IMG/VR virus record: IMGVR_UViG_3300020045_004995
Location: 1 to 34,653 of that record
Reading direction: 5' to 3' (one strand)
Source of the DNA: a virus
Lineage: Duplodnaviria; Caudoviricetes
Length of the DNA: 34,653 nucleotides
In this document: positions 1 through 7,928 of the stretch, in pieces
How positions within the stretch are numbered: the first letter of the stretch is position 1
Layout: the number at the start of each line of letters is the position of its first letter
Position numbers and translations under genes: made by a program
Notes under the pieces: model-generated
The model's database searches: none
Seen by the model: only the letters and a program-made list of their open reading frames with translations
What the model was told of the DNA's origin: nothing

Positions 1-123
1 ATTGGCATTCCTGAATATATTTTTATTGGTGATTTAAGATCAGTAGAAAAAATTAATGAATCATCAATGTGTTTAATATGATTAAGTTGTTCTTTGGATA
101 CTGGGGTAGATTCTAAAACTAAA

Positions 124-387
124 CATCATGAATCTGATCATCATGGAATAGTTTTACCAAACGCAAGACATATTCTCGAAATGCATTTCGATCATAACAT
201 TAGGCGAGCAGTATCGTTAAAAAATCATTCGTATTCTCCTGAAGAAGATGAAGTATTGTTAGGGAGAAACTATATGTTTGAATTACATCCAAGACCAAAA
301 CAAATTCTTCGTGAGTATAATCATCCAGTTTACATTTGGGAAGCCCATCAAGGGGCAATGGATATTGGGAAAGATTCCTTAAAATAA
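124..387 (+). CDS. C-terminal part of an ADP-ribosyltransferase-like protein (Alt/ModB-like), 5' truncated
   Basis: The + strand reads ...HILEMHF...AVSLKNHSYSPEEDEVLLGR, an ExE(V)LL catalytic-type motif of ART toxins. The upstream part of the fold appears inverted at 1..~125 (see findings), so the start coordinate is approximate. Confidence 0.55.
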   Translation, partial: HHESDHHGIVLPNARHILEMHFDHNIRRAVSLKNHSYSPEEDEVLLGRNYMFELHPRPKQILREYNHPVYIWEAHQGAMDIGKDSLK

Positions 388-407
388 CATTTCTTAAACT
401 TCTAAAC

Positions 408-430
408 AAGGGGGCTTTGCCCCCTTTTCA
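408..430 (+). terminator. Rho-independent terminator
   Basis: Hairpin AAGGGGGC-TTT-GCCCCCTT followed by T residues, just after the stop at 387. Confidence 0.75.
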
Positions 431-434
431 ATTT

Positions 435-839
435 ATGACTCTAAAATCTATCATCTTTTCATTACTTCTTCTACTTCCCCTATCAACCCTGACTAATGAC
501 ACCGAAGAAAAATGTATGGCTAATGCAGTCTATAAAGAAGCCAGAGGGGAATCTATTCAGGGAATGATTGGGGTTGCTTATGTGATCATGAACCGATTGG
601 AACATACCAAATTTCCTGATACTGTATGTGGGGTTGTATATCAACCAAGACAGTTTCCATGGGCAACCAAGAAAATTTCAATATCAGATCAAGAAGCTTT
701 TGAAAAATCTGTTACAATAGCGCAACAGGTTATGAATAAAACTGTAAAAGACCCAACGCATGGGGCTTTGTATTTCAGTACAAGCAAAATAACCAAAACA
801 TTAACAGCAAAAATCGGAAATCACTATTTTACTAAATGA
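435..839 (+). CDS. SleB-like cell wall hydrolase (Hydrolase_2) with N-terminal hydrophobic signal
   Basis: Motifs CMANAVYKEARGE, VAYVIMNR, FPDTVCGVVYQPRQF, DPTHGALYF and IGNHYF. ATG 435 (after the terminator) is preferred to 336. The stop overlaps the polymerase start (ATGA 836-839). Confidence 0.9.
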   Translation: MTLKSIIFSLLLLLPLSTLTNDTEEKCMANAVYKEARGESIQGMIGVAYVIMNRLEHTKFPDTVCGVVYQPRQFPWATKKISISDQEAFEKSVTIAQQVMNKTVKDPTHGALYFSTSKITKTLTAKIGNHYFTK

Positions 840-2497
840 CAAAATTTTATACATCAATTGAACGCTATGGTAATAACATCCTTTATCGGGGTTACGAAGA
901 TGGTCTTCCTGTTCAACAGAAGATTCCATATCGCCCCCATTTGTTTGTTGATTCTCAAGAAGAAAGTAAGTATAAGTTATTCAATACCAACAAGAATCTA
1001 ACAAAGAAGACATTTGATTCTATTAAGGATATGCGGGACTTTACTAAGTCATATGAAGGCATTTCAAACTTTGGAATCTATGGGTGTTCAGATATTGTTC
1101 GGCAGTTTACTGGAACAATGTTTAAAGATACTATTGATTGGGATTATTATCAGACTAAGATTTGGTTCTTTGATATTGAAACGACCGTTGGGGAAGCGAT
1201 TGATGAAAAAGGTAACACAATTCGCGGATTTGCGTCTGCTGAACAAGCAAATGAAACCATTCAGTTGATTACCTTGACTGAACATCATACAAACAAAATT
1301 TACACTTGGTCATACAAACCATTAGATAAAGACTCTGAAAATACTATAAGTAAGGAATTCCCATCCTTTGAGTATCGGGCATTCGATTCAGAAAAGGAAA
1401 TGCTAAAAGATTTCATTATGTTCTTTAGGCTTTCAAGGATTGATATTATCAGTGGTTGGAACTCAGAGACCTTTGATGTGCCGTATCTTGTTAACCGAAT
1501 CAAAAAAGTTCTAAATGAAACTGCTGTTCTTGGTTTATCCCCATGGGGAATTGTGAAACCAAGAACAATTAAGTTTGAAGATCGAGAATCCATCACTACA
1601 TATGATATTCTTGGGGTAACCCATCTGGATTATATTGATCTATACAAAAAGTTCAATCCTGGCAGTAAAGAATCATTCAAATTGGATTACATTGCTGAAA
1701 TTGAACTTGGTAAGAATAAGTTACCATTGCTTGGGGAATCATTCAAAGAATCGTATGATGGTACATTTGAAGTAACGAAGATCAACGAAAAATCCTCATT
1801 GATGGAAAAGTTAGCATATGAAAGTACCATTCTGAAACTATCAGGGGATACTTCATCCGATGAATACCTTACTTTGGATAAAGAAGTAAAACGTTTGGCA
1901 TGGGGACAATTCGTTCGATATAATATTATTGACGTAGATTTGCTTCATCATCTGGAACTAAAGATGCTTCAGGTACGTTTGGCAATGCAACTTGGATTTC
2001 TTGCTAAGTGTCCATTTGGCGATGTTCTATCTGCTATGCGTCTTTGGGAAAGTATTATCTATAATTACTTTCTTGATTTGAATATTGTTGAAGTATACGA
2101 AAAGGATCATAATGAACGGCATAAGATTATTGGGGCGTATGTACATGATCCAGTTCCCGGAAAATATGGTTGGTCAGTAAGTATTGATGCGACCGCACTT
2201 TATCCAAGTTTTATGATGCAAAATAATCTGTCCCCAGAAACTATTCTTGATTATTTCCCAGATGGGGTAATTGAAGATATGATTCGAAAGACATTAGAAG
2301 GTAAATATCCAGTTCAAGATGGCGCAATCCGTTCTCCAAATGGATTGATAACATCAAAGGATACTATTGGATTCATACCAATTTTAGTTAAACGAATGTT
2401 TGATTACCGTAAACAGACTAAGAATTTGATGTTGGAAAAGAAGAAAGAATTGGAAGTAATTCGGGAAAAATTGAAACAACTTGGGGTAACAATTTAG
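836..2497 (+). CDS. 43A: Family B DNA polymerase, N-terminal subunit (gp43A: exonuclease, motif A and first fingers helix)
   Basis: T4 gp43-like N-terminus (FYTSIERYGNNILYRGY), ExoI FFDIET, ExoII GWNSETFDVPY, ExoIII YNIIDV and motif A SIDATALYPS. It ends in the first fingers helix (RKQTKNLM...LGVTI*) with no motif B or C. Confidence 0.93.
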   Translation: MTKFYTSIERYGNNILYRGYEDGLPVQQKIPYRPHLFVDSQEESKYKLFNTNKNLTKKTFDSIKDMRDFTKSYEGISNFGIYGCSDIVRQFTGTMFKDTIDWDYYQTKIWFFDIETTVGEAIDEKGNTIRGFASAEQANETIQLITLTEHHTNKIYTWSYKPLDKDSENTISKEFPSFEYRAFDSEKEMLKDFIMFFRLSRIDIISGWNSETFDVPYLVNRIKKVLNETAVLGLSPWGIVKPRTIKFEDRESITTYDILGVTHLDYIDLYKKFNPGSKESFKLDYIAEIELGKNKLPLLGESFKESYDGTFEVTKINEKSSLMEKLAYESTILKLSGDTSSDEYLTLDKEVKRLAWGQFVRYNIIDVDLLHHLELKMLQVRLAMQLGFLAKCPFGDVLSAMRLWESIIYNYFLDLNIVEVYEKDHNERHKIIGAYVHDPVPGKYGWSVSIDATALYPSFMMQNNLSPETILDYFPDGVIEDMIRKTLEGKYPVQDGAIRSPNGLITSKDTIGFIPILVKRMFDYRKQTKNLMLEKKKELEVIREKLKQLGVTI

Positions 2498-3702
2498 AAC
2501 CAAGTTCTATCTATTAGAAGTTCATTACATAATTCCATTGTTAGTTCTTCTTTTGGATAAAATTTTATTGAATACACATCCTTTATATGTTTCCCCTTGT
2601 GGGTTTTGTTTAGCCCATTTGAAGATGTATGATTAGTGATCAATTTATTTGGGTCTAATAGAGCAGATTTTAAATATGTATTATCTAAATTTAATATATC
2701 ACATACTGTAGTTAATGAACTTGTAACTATATTTTTATTATCTGAAATAAATGTATATAATCCTTTTGATTGATGGGAAACCCATAATGGTATATCATCA
2801 ATCAATGATTTTACTTCTCTTGTAATAATGTGAGTCTTTATTTTTGTTCCAGAAAACGGATTTGCGAATGTTGCCCTACCACTAATCCAACCTTCAGGTT
2901 CTTGTCCTTTTGGGCATCTAATTTGTTCTTTTGTTTCTGGATTGTGGTAGAAAACCGTTCCTTTAGTGTGGGTATTGATTGTCCCATTCCCTTTGATAAA
3001 ATTATCTGGTTGTTCTCCTTCATGAAAATATTTTATTTCTTTAGTTATTGGAACATGATATGGAATGCCTTTATATTCTATTTGTCCTTTTATACTCATA
3101 ATTTGTCTACATTCAGCAGATTTGGTGGTTCCTTCTGACGTTGACCTATGAATCAATGGATCAAAATCTTTACACCAAATTCTTGTGGACACACCAGTTT
3201 CAATAATAATAACTGGTTGTTTTCCTAAAGAATCCTGTCTACTGACTTCACGCCTACGGTTCCTTTCTTCTTCCGAAACAGTTTTATACTTTTCGGATAC
3301 TGATGTACTCAAGCTTTTAGAAATATCAATTCTGGCTTCTTCATACCATTCACATATATTCAACAATTCATTTTCAGATAGATTGTGACCATGCTTTTTG
3401 ATGTATCTACGCATTTGATTGAATGCAAATGTCATTTTTATATCATTGATAGCTTTATATAGTAAATAGTGAGCGTACAAATGATCTTTACCTTGCAACA
3501 CAACTAAATTTTGGATGTCATTTGTGCCACCATGACTTACTGGTATAATATGATGCGTTTCGGAATATTCTGTTTTAGATTTTTTGAAATTGCGTATTTG
3601 ACTTTTTGTTTTAAAATCTATAAAATTTTTTGATATCAGTTGTTTATATTCTAAAAAGAAGGTATAATCAACAACATGTGGTTCGAGAATTGAAAAGTCC
3701 AT
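2494..3702 (-). CDS. Free-standing HNH homing endonuclease (Mob-like) inserted antisense between 43A and 43B
   Basis: HNH motif YSETHHIIPVSHGGTNDIQNLVVLQGKDHLYAHYLL, C-terminal repeats such as YHNPETKEQIRCPKGQEPEGWISGR, and an upstream SD (AAGGAA) and TAAATA on the - strand. Confidence 0.88.
   Translation of the reverse strand: MDFSILEPHVVDYTFFLEYKQLISKNFIDFKTKSQIRNFKKSKTEYSETHHIIPVSHGGTNDIQNLVVLQGKDHLYAHYLLYKAINDIKMTFAFNQMRRYIKKHGHNLSENELLNICEWYEEARIDISKSLSTSVSEKYKTVSEEERNRRREVSRQDSLGKQPVIIIETGVSTRIWCKDFDPLIHRSTSEGTTKSAECRQIMSIKGQIEYKGIPYHVPITKEIKYFHEGEQPDNFIKGNGTINTHTKGTVFYHNPETKEQIRCPKGQEPEGWISGRATFANPFSGTKIKTHIITREVKSLIDDIPLWVSHQSKGLYTFISDNKNIVTSSLTTVCDILNLDNTYLKSALLDPNKLITNHTSSNGLNKTHKGKHIKDVYSIKFYPKEELTMELCNELLIDRTWF
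3640..3668 (+). promoter_or_regulatory. Candidate sigma70-type promoter for 43B, embedded antisense in the HNH 5' end
   Basis: TTGTTT (3640-3645), a 17-nt spacer, then TATAAT (3663-3668), about 100 nt upstream of ATG 3768. Confidence 0.55.
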
Positions 3703-3724
3703 ATATTTCCTTTATTGTTATCTC

Positions 3725-3730
3725 TATTTA
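3725..3730 (-). promoter_or_regulatory. T4-like late promoter core (TAAATA) for the HNH gene
   Basis: The - strand reads GTAAATAGAGATAACAATAAAGGAAATATATG into the HNH start. Confidence 0.55.
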
Positions 3731-3767
3731 CTGTAACCCCAACCTACCATACACTCAATTAACCCAT

Positions 3768-3859
3768 ATGCAACAACAAATTGAAGAACTAAAAAAACAA
3801 TATTACACATTAGCAGATGAAATCGCTGCCCTTGATGTAACACAGTCATCATATAAGGT
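3768..3859 (+). CDS. 43B: DNA polymerase C-terminal subunit gp43B, exon 1
   Basis: MQQQIEELKKQYYTLADEIAALDVTQSSYK-GT| is the second fingers helix up to the motif B lysine. It ends in U at the predicted 5' splice site. Confidence 0.85.
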
Positions 3860-4110
3860 AAACTAAAACTGCCTGAATTATTGGAAACAATAATTTGTAA
3901 CCTGCTTAAACGGTGAAACTCCAGAACGGACAATACCGTGCCAAACCAGAAATGGTAGTGCGTAACGACTATGGTTGAAATACCAGTACATTCAAGTGAA
4001 TGGAAACAGCAGGGGTCTAGGAATAGATCAAGATATAGTCTGAACTTCTATAGGAATATAGAGCAGGGATAAATCCGGGATAATATTAACGACATTATCT
4101 GAACACCATG
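3860..4110 (+). ncRNA. ORF-less group I self-splicing intron (251 nt, IA2-like)
   Basis: 5' exon AGGU pairs with GCCU (3871-3874; U.G at the splice site). P2 is AATTATTG-GAAA-CAATAATT, P3 CCTGCT(3901)/AGCAGG(4008), P4 CGGT/ACCG and P7 GACTA(3967)/TAGTC(4036) within AAGATATAGTCTGA. Two extra hairpins (P7.1, P7.2) lie between P7 and P3', followed by P8, P9 and terminal G4110. Removal restores K-V-A-A-N-S-F-Y-G in frame. Confidence 0.93.
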
Positions 4111-5095
4111 AGCGGCCAATAGTTTTTATGGTATCCTCCTATTACCATATTTTAAGTATTATGATTACCGATTAGGAGAAGCCATTACTTCTGGGGGACA
4201 AGTATTTATTAAGAAAACACAACAAGTCGTGTTTGATATTTATAAACAAATTATTGGAATTGATAAAGACCCTGTTCTTATGATGGATACGGATTCGGTT
4301 TATTTTGACCTCCAAAAATTAGTCGATAAACATTGTGTTGGTAAGACTGATGCTGAAATCGTTGATTTCTTAGAAAAGTTTGTTATGAAAATTATTCAAC
4401 CAAAATTGAATGCTGAACTATCTAAATTTGCTAAGACAATGGGGATTGATGATTGTAAAATTTTCTTCAAACTTGAATGTATCGGATCATCAATTGTCAT
4501 CAAGGCTAAAAAGAAATACGCATTCGACATCCTATATTCAGAAGGTGTCCGTTATAAAGAAAAGAAAATGAAAGTCATGGGCATCGAAATTGTTCGTTCA
4601 TCTACCCCATCAGTGGTTAAAGATTCTCTGAAGAAAACTTTAGCATTAGTTCTTAGGGGAACAGAAGAAGATGTTCAGAAAAAGGTATCTGAAATCAAGA
4701 AAGAATTTATGACGTATGACTATCAGCAAATTTCTTTCCCAAGGGGTTGTAATGGTCTATCAACATATGCATCAAATTCTTCTATCTATCAAAAAGGATG
4801 TCCAATGCAAGTTCGGGGGGCGTTGTTGTATAACCATCATCTAAAGAAGAATGGATTGGATTCAAAGTATCCGTTGATTGGTGATGGGGAAAAGATTAAA
4901 TTTGTTGCTTTGAAGATGCCGAATCCAATTCATGAAAATGTGATTGCTTTTCCCGGTAAGTTGCCTAAAGAATTAGGATTGGAAAAATATGTTGATTACA
5001 AAGTTCAGTTCCAGAAAGCATTTGTAAAACCTATGGATGATATTCTGGAATGTATTGGGTGGACTTCAGTTCCTGTAATAACTTTAGACTGTTAG
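4111..5095 (+). CDS. 43B: DNA polymerase C-terminal subunit gp43B, exon 2 (motif B remainder, motif C, thumb)
   Basis: Reads AANSFYG...YFKYYDYRLGEAITSGGQ, MDTDSVYF, AKKKYA, MKVMGIEIVRSSTP and CPMQVRGALLYN. It is in frame with the listed ORF at 4229. Spliced 43B is 358 aa. Confidence 0.92.
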
Positions 5096-5190
5096 AATAG
5101 CCTTAGAACGCATCAGAACCTTCTACAATCCATTTAAACAGTCTAAGGTATACCAATGTAGCCTGAAGGCCATATAGACGATTGTAGGGG
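5093..5190. other. Structured / helically phased intergenic element after 43B
   Basis: YAGAA/YACAA units at 5093, 5104, 5114 and 5124, plus nested inverted repeats CTACAATC/GATTGTAG and GTCTA/TAGAC enclosing GCC-TGAA-GGC. Confidence 0.4.
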
Positions 5191-5193
5191 CTT

Positions 5194-5199
5194 TAAATA
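5194..5199 (+). promoter_or_regulatory. Late promoter core TAAATA for the gp2-baseplate cluster
   Basis: TTTAAATAG about 40 nt upstream of the first virion-related gene. Confidence 0.5.
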
Positions 5200-5236
5200 G
5201 ATCATGAAACAATATATTAATTCACCTAAGTAGAAG

Positions 5237-5836
5237 ATGGCGCGTTTAAATTTAGATCAATTATCCAAAAAGATTCTCTTTGACAAGGATGCAGCGAAGA
5301 AAAGTCAGGCTTGGTTTGCAGAACAAACCAAATATCTGACTAATCAAGTTTCCCCCAATTCATTGATGATGAATGCTGACCGTTTGAAAACGCGATTCAT
5401 TCCCGGTCAGATGTATATGTATTACTATCATCCCAAGGGCGCAGCAGAACTTCCTTACTATGATTCCTTACCATTGATCTTTCCATTTTCAACTGATGAA
5501 GAAACATTCACTGGTATCAATTTTCACTATCTACCAGTCAAGGTTCGGGTAGTTCTTCTGAAGAATCTATTGGACTTTGCGACTTCAACTAAGTTAGACG
5601 AAAAAACAAGATTGAAACTTCAGTGGGATTATATTGGGGGTATTTCACGATATCGAGGGGTCAATCTTGCTGTCAAGAAGTATAGATATGATCATGTTCA
5701 ATCGCAATTTCTTTTCATTCCAGCAAACCAATGGTTCAATGCTGTTATGCTTCCAATGGAAAGATTCAACACAGGTTCTAATATGGTTTACTTTGATAAG
5801 AATATTGTTTGGCGGGAAAGCATGAGGTTTCTGTAA
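5237..5836 (+). CDS. 2: DNA end protector protein (T4 gp2-like)
   Basis: Motifs SQAWF, PGQMYMYYYHPK, LPYYDSLPLIF, GINFHYLP, VKKYRYDHV and MLPMERF. Confidence 0.88.
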   Translation: MARLNLDQLSKKILFDKDAAKKSQAWFAEQTKYLTNQVSPNSLMMNADRLKTRFIPGQMYMYYYHPKGAAELPYYDSLPLIFPFSTDEETFTGINFHYLPVKVRVVLLKNLLDFATSTKLDEKTRLKLQWDYIGGISRYRGVNLAVKKYRYDHVQSQFLFIPANQWFNAVMLPMERFNTGSNMVYFDKNIVWRESMRFL

Positions 5837-6597
5837 TGGCTACATCATCATTCAATCAATTCGTTTCCCATATAAAAAATTCGGGATTGGCAAAACAATC
5901 CCATTATGTGGTCGAAATGATTCCTCCCCCTTTCATGGCAACATCTGATCTAAGTCTTGTTGCTAAGATTCCGTTCTATTGTGAACAGACTTCATTTCCA
6001 GAATTTGCTTTATTGACCCAAACAGTAAAAGATGCTGGTTTGAATCGGGAAGTCGTTTATGACAAAGCTTACGGTAATGTCAACATGACTTTTATCTGTG
6101 ATCAAGAAATGTTAATCAAGAAGTTCTTTGATACATGGATGGAAAAAATTGTTGTATCAAAAGGGGGCGTTTTTGCATATCCTGATGATTATACAGTTCC
6201 ATCTTTGACGATTGGGCAATTAAGTCAAGCGGATAACACAGTTTACATTGTGGAGCTTCAGAATGTTTATCCAAAATTGGTTAATGATATTCAACTATCA
6301 GCCCAATCAAGATCATATTCTAACTTCATTGTGTCGTTTACATATTCATCATGGTCTTCATATTCAATTGCTATTCCAGATGCATTAACCGAAGTTGTCC
6401 CAACCCAAGGGGTTCAAGTTGGAACTGGGTCTGATCCTTTTGCCACAAGAAAAAGCGAACCTAAAACTGGAGTGCGTCAACTTTGGGATATTATTAAGTT
6501 TGTCAGAACTGGTTCTACAAAACAAGCATTAGTATCATCTGTTCTTGGGGCTACTATTGAAAAACTACAGAATGTAGTTGGAAAGATTATCAAATGA
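5836..6597 (+). CDS. 54: Baseplate-tail tube initiator (gp54 / tail-tube fold)
   Basis: GLAKQSHY, YCEQTSFP, MTFICDQEMLIKKFFDTW, YPDDY and LQNVYPK resemble gp19/gp54 family motifs. ATG 5836 overlaps the gp2 stop. Confidence 0.75.
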   Translation: MATSSFNQFVSHIKNSGLAKQSHYVVEMIPPPFMATSDLSLVAKIPFYCEQTSFPEFALLTQTVKDAGLNREVVYDKAYGNVNMTFICDQEMLIKKFFDTWMEKIVVSKGGVFAYPDDYTVPSLTIGQLSQADNTVYIVELQNVYPKLVNDIQLSAQSRSYSNFIVSFTYSSWSSYSIAIPDALTEVVPTQGVQVGTGSDPFATRKSEPKTGVRQLWDIIKFVRTGSTKQALVSSVLGATIEKLQNVVGKIIK

Positions 6598-7043
6598 GCG
6601 ACAATATTTATGATGTCAAACCGAACAGAATCTATACTTCTTTGTCAAATACATTTGATGTGGATAATGTAATAGAATCTTCTGCTTTGGTTCCAGTTGT
6701 GACAACTGAAAAACCAGAAGATAATACTGCAACTGCCGATGCTGCTGCTGTTCGGGATACTATGTATTCCCTTCTTAAAAAAGGGGAAGAATCATTTGAT
6801 GAATTGAAACGTATTGCTATTGCTGAAGAATCCCCAAGGGCATTTGAAATTATGAACAATATGTTAGGGACGATTGCTGACATCGCAACAAAGTTAATGG
6901 ATGTTCATGAAAAAATGGCAAGGATCAAAGCCCCCAAGGGGAAAGAAGTTTCTGAAGGTAATACAACTATAAATAACAATGCGGTCTTTGTTGGAACTAC
7001 ATCAGAACTACAAGACATCATCAAGAAAATCAATCAACACTAA
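6594..7043 (+). CDS. 16: Terminase small subunit (T4-like gp16, cyanomyophage type)
   Basis: Signature segments ESPRAFEI and NNNAVFVGTTSELQ. Confidence 0.8.
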   Translation: MSDNIYDVKPNRIYTSLSNTFDVDNVIESSALVPVVTTEKPEDNTATADAAAVRDTMYSLLKKGEESFDELKRIAIAEESPRAFEIMNNMLGTIADIATKLMDVHEKMARIKAPKGKEVSEGNTTINNNAVFVGTTSELQDIIKKINQH

Positions 7044-7045
7044 TT

Positions 7046-7768
7046 ATGCAGAAAAAGTCCTTACCATCAGTTTCATCCCCAACATTATCTATTGTACTTC
7101 CAATTTCAGGAATCAAAGTTAAGTATCGTCCTTTTGTTATTCGGGAACAGAAAGCATTGCTTCTTGCTCAACAATCTAATGATATGGAAACTGTTAATGA
7201 TACCCTAAAAAGTGTTATTGATACATGTACAAACGGAACATTAGATTTTTCTAAAATTCCAACCGCAGATTTGGCATACTTCTTCATTCAACTTAGAATC
7301 TGTTCTGTTGGGGCTGATGTTCGGTTCAATCTGAAGTGTACCGAATGCAAAACTGACAATCTGATCGAATTGAATCTTGAAGGTATCAAGATTGACAATC
7401 CTAAGATTGATCCGATCATCAAACTAACGGATAAAGTTGGTATCAAATTTAGATTACCAACAGTTGAAGATACAATCAAACTGGATAAATTTCAGGGGGC
7501 AGATAAAGCAATCGCTATGCTCTACAATATTATCGAACATATCTATGATGAAGATTCTGTTTATACAAAACAAGATTATTCAGAAGAAGATTTTAAAACT
7601 TGGATTGAAGACTTGAATGATATTCAGATCAAGAAGATCGAATCCTTTGTAAAGGATATTCCTGATATTTCCCATCGTATTGACTATACGTGTTCTAAAT
7701 GTAATCATAAAAACAGCAGACTCGTGGAGGGTCTGCATAACTTTTTTCGATTTATTGATAATCCATGA
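7046..7768 (+). CDS. 26: Baseplate hub subunit / assembly chaperone (gp26-like)
   Basis: VKYRPFVIREQKALLLA, DLAYFFIQLRICSVG, two CxxC pairs and the EGLHNFF end. Confidence 0.85.
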   Translation: MQKKSLPSVSSPTLSIVLPISGIKVKYRPFVIREQKALLLAQQSNDMETVNDTLKSVIDTCTNGTLDFSKIPTADLAYFFIQLRICSVGADVRFNLKCTECKTDNLIELNLEGIKIDNPKIDPIIKLTDKVGIKFRLPTVEDTIKLDKFQGADKAIAMLYNIIEHIYDEDSVYTKQDYSEEDFKTWIEDLNDIQIKKIESFVKDIPDISHRIDYTCSKCNHKNSRLVEGLHNFFRFIDNP

Positions 7769-7928
7769 AAGCATTGAACAATATTATCGGCTCAACATGA
7801 AACTGATCTTAAATTACAGTATGTCTTTGGAATCCATTGAAGAAATGATTCCTTTTGAAAGGGAAGTTTATGTTGCATTAATTTTAGAAGAATTAGAAAA
7901 GAAGAAGCAACAAAATGGTGTTACCTAA
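7755..7928 (+). CDS. 51: Baseplate hub assembly catalyst (gp51-like); start uncertain, possibly reached by frameshift
   Basis: HESIEQYYRLNMKL...SLESIEEMIPFEREVYVALI. There is no ATG before the conserved part, only a TTG at 7755. Confidence 0.75.
   Translation: MIIHESIEQYYRLNMKLILNYSMSLESIEEMIPFEREVYVALILEELEKKKQQNGVT

Noticed and set aside
2495-2497. Stop-codon reassignment (TAG read-through) explaining the polymerase break
   Set aside because: TAG, TGA and TAA all end clearly complete genes elsewhere in the window, and the downstream + strand sequence is not polymerase-like.
2498-3767. The HNH-containing gap as a second group I/II intron or an intein
   Set aside because: The ORF is antisense and fills almost all of the gap. 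I found no P7-type or domain V elements and no intein termini.
3630-3866. 78-aa ORF as a stand-alone gene
   Set aside because: Its 3' part is 43B exon 1 and its stop lies inside the intron. Its 5' part overlaps the HNH gene antisense.
4229-5095. Listed 288-aa ORF as an independent gene starting at GTG 4229
   Set aside because: The frame extends upstream to 4112 with NSFYG and joins exon 1 after splicing. Starting at 4229 would lose motif B.
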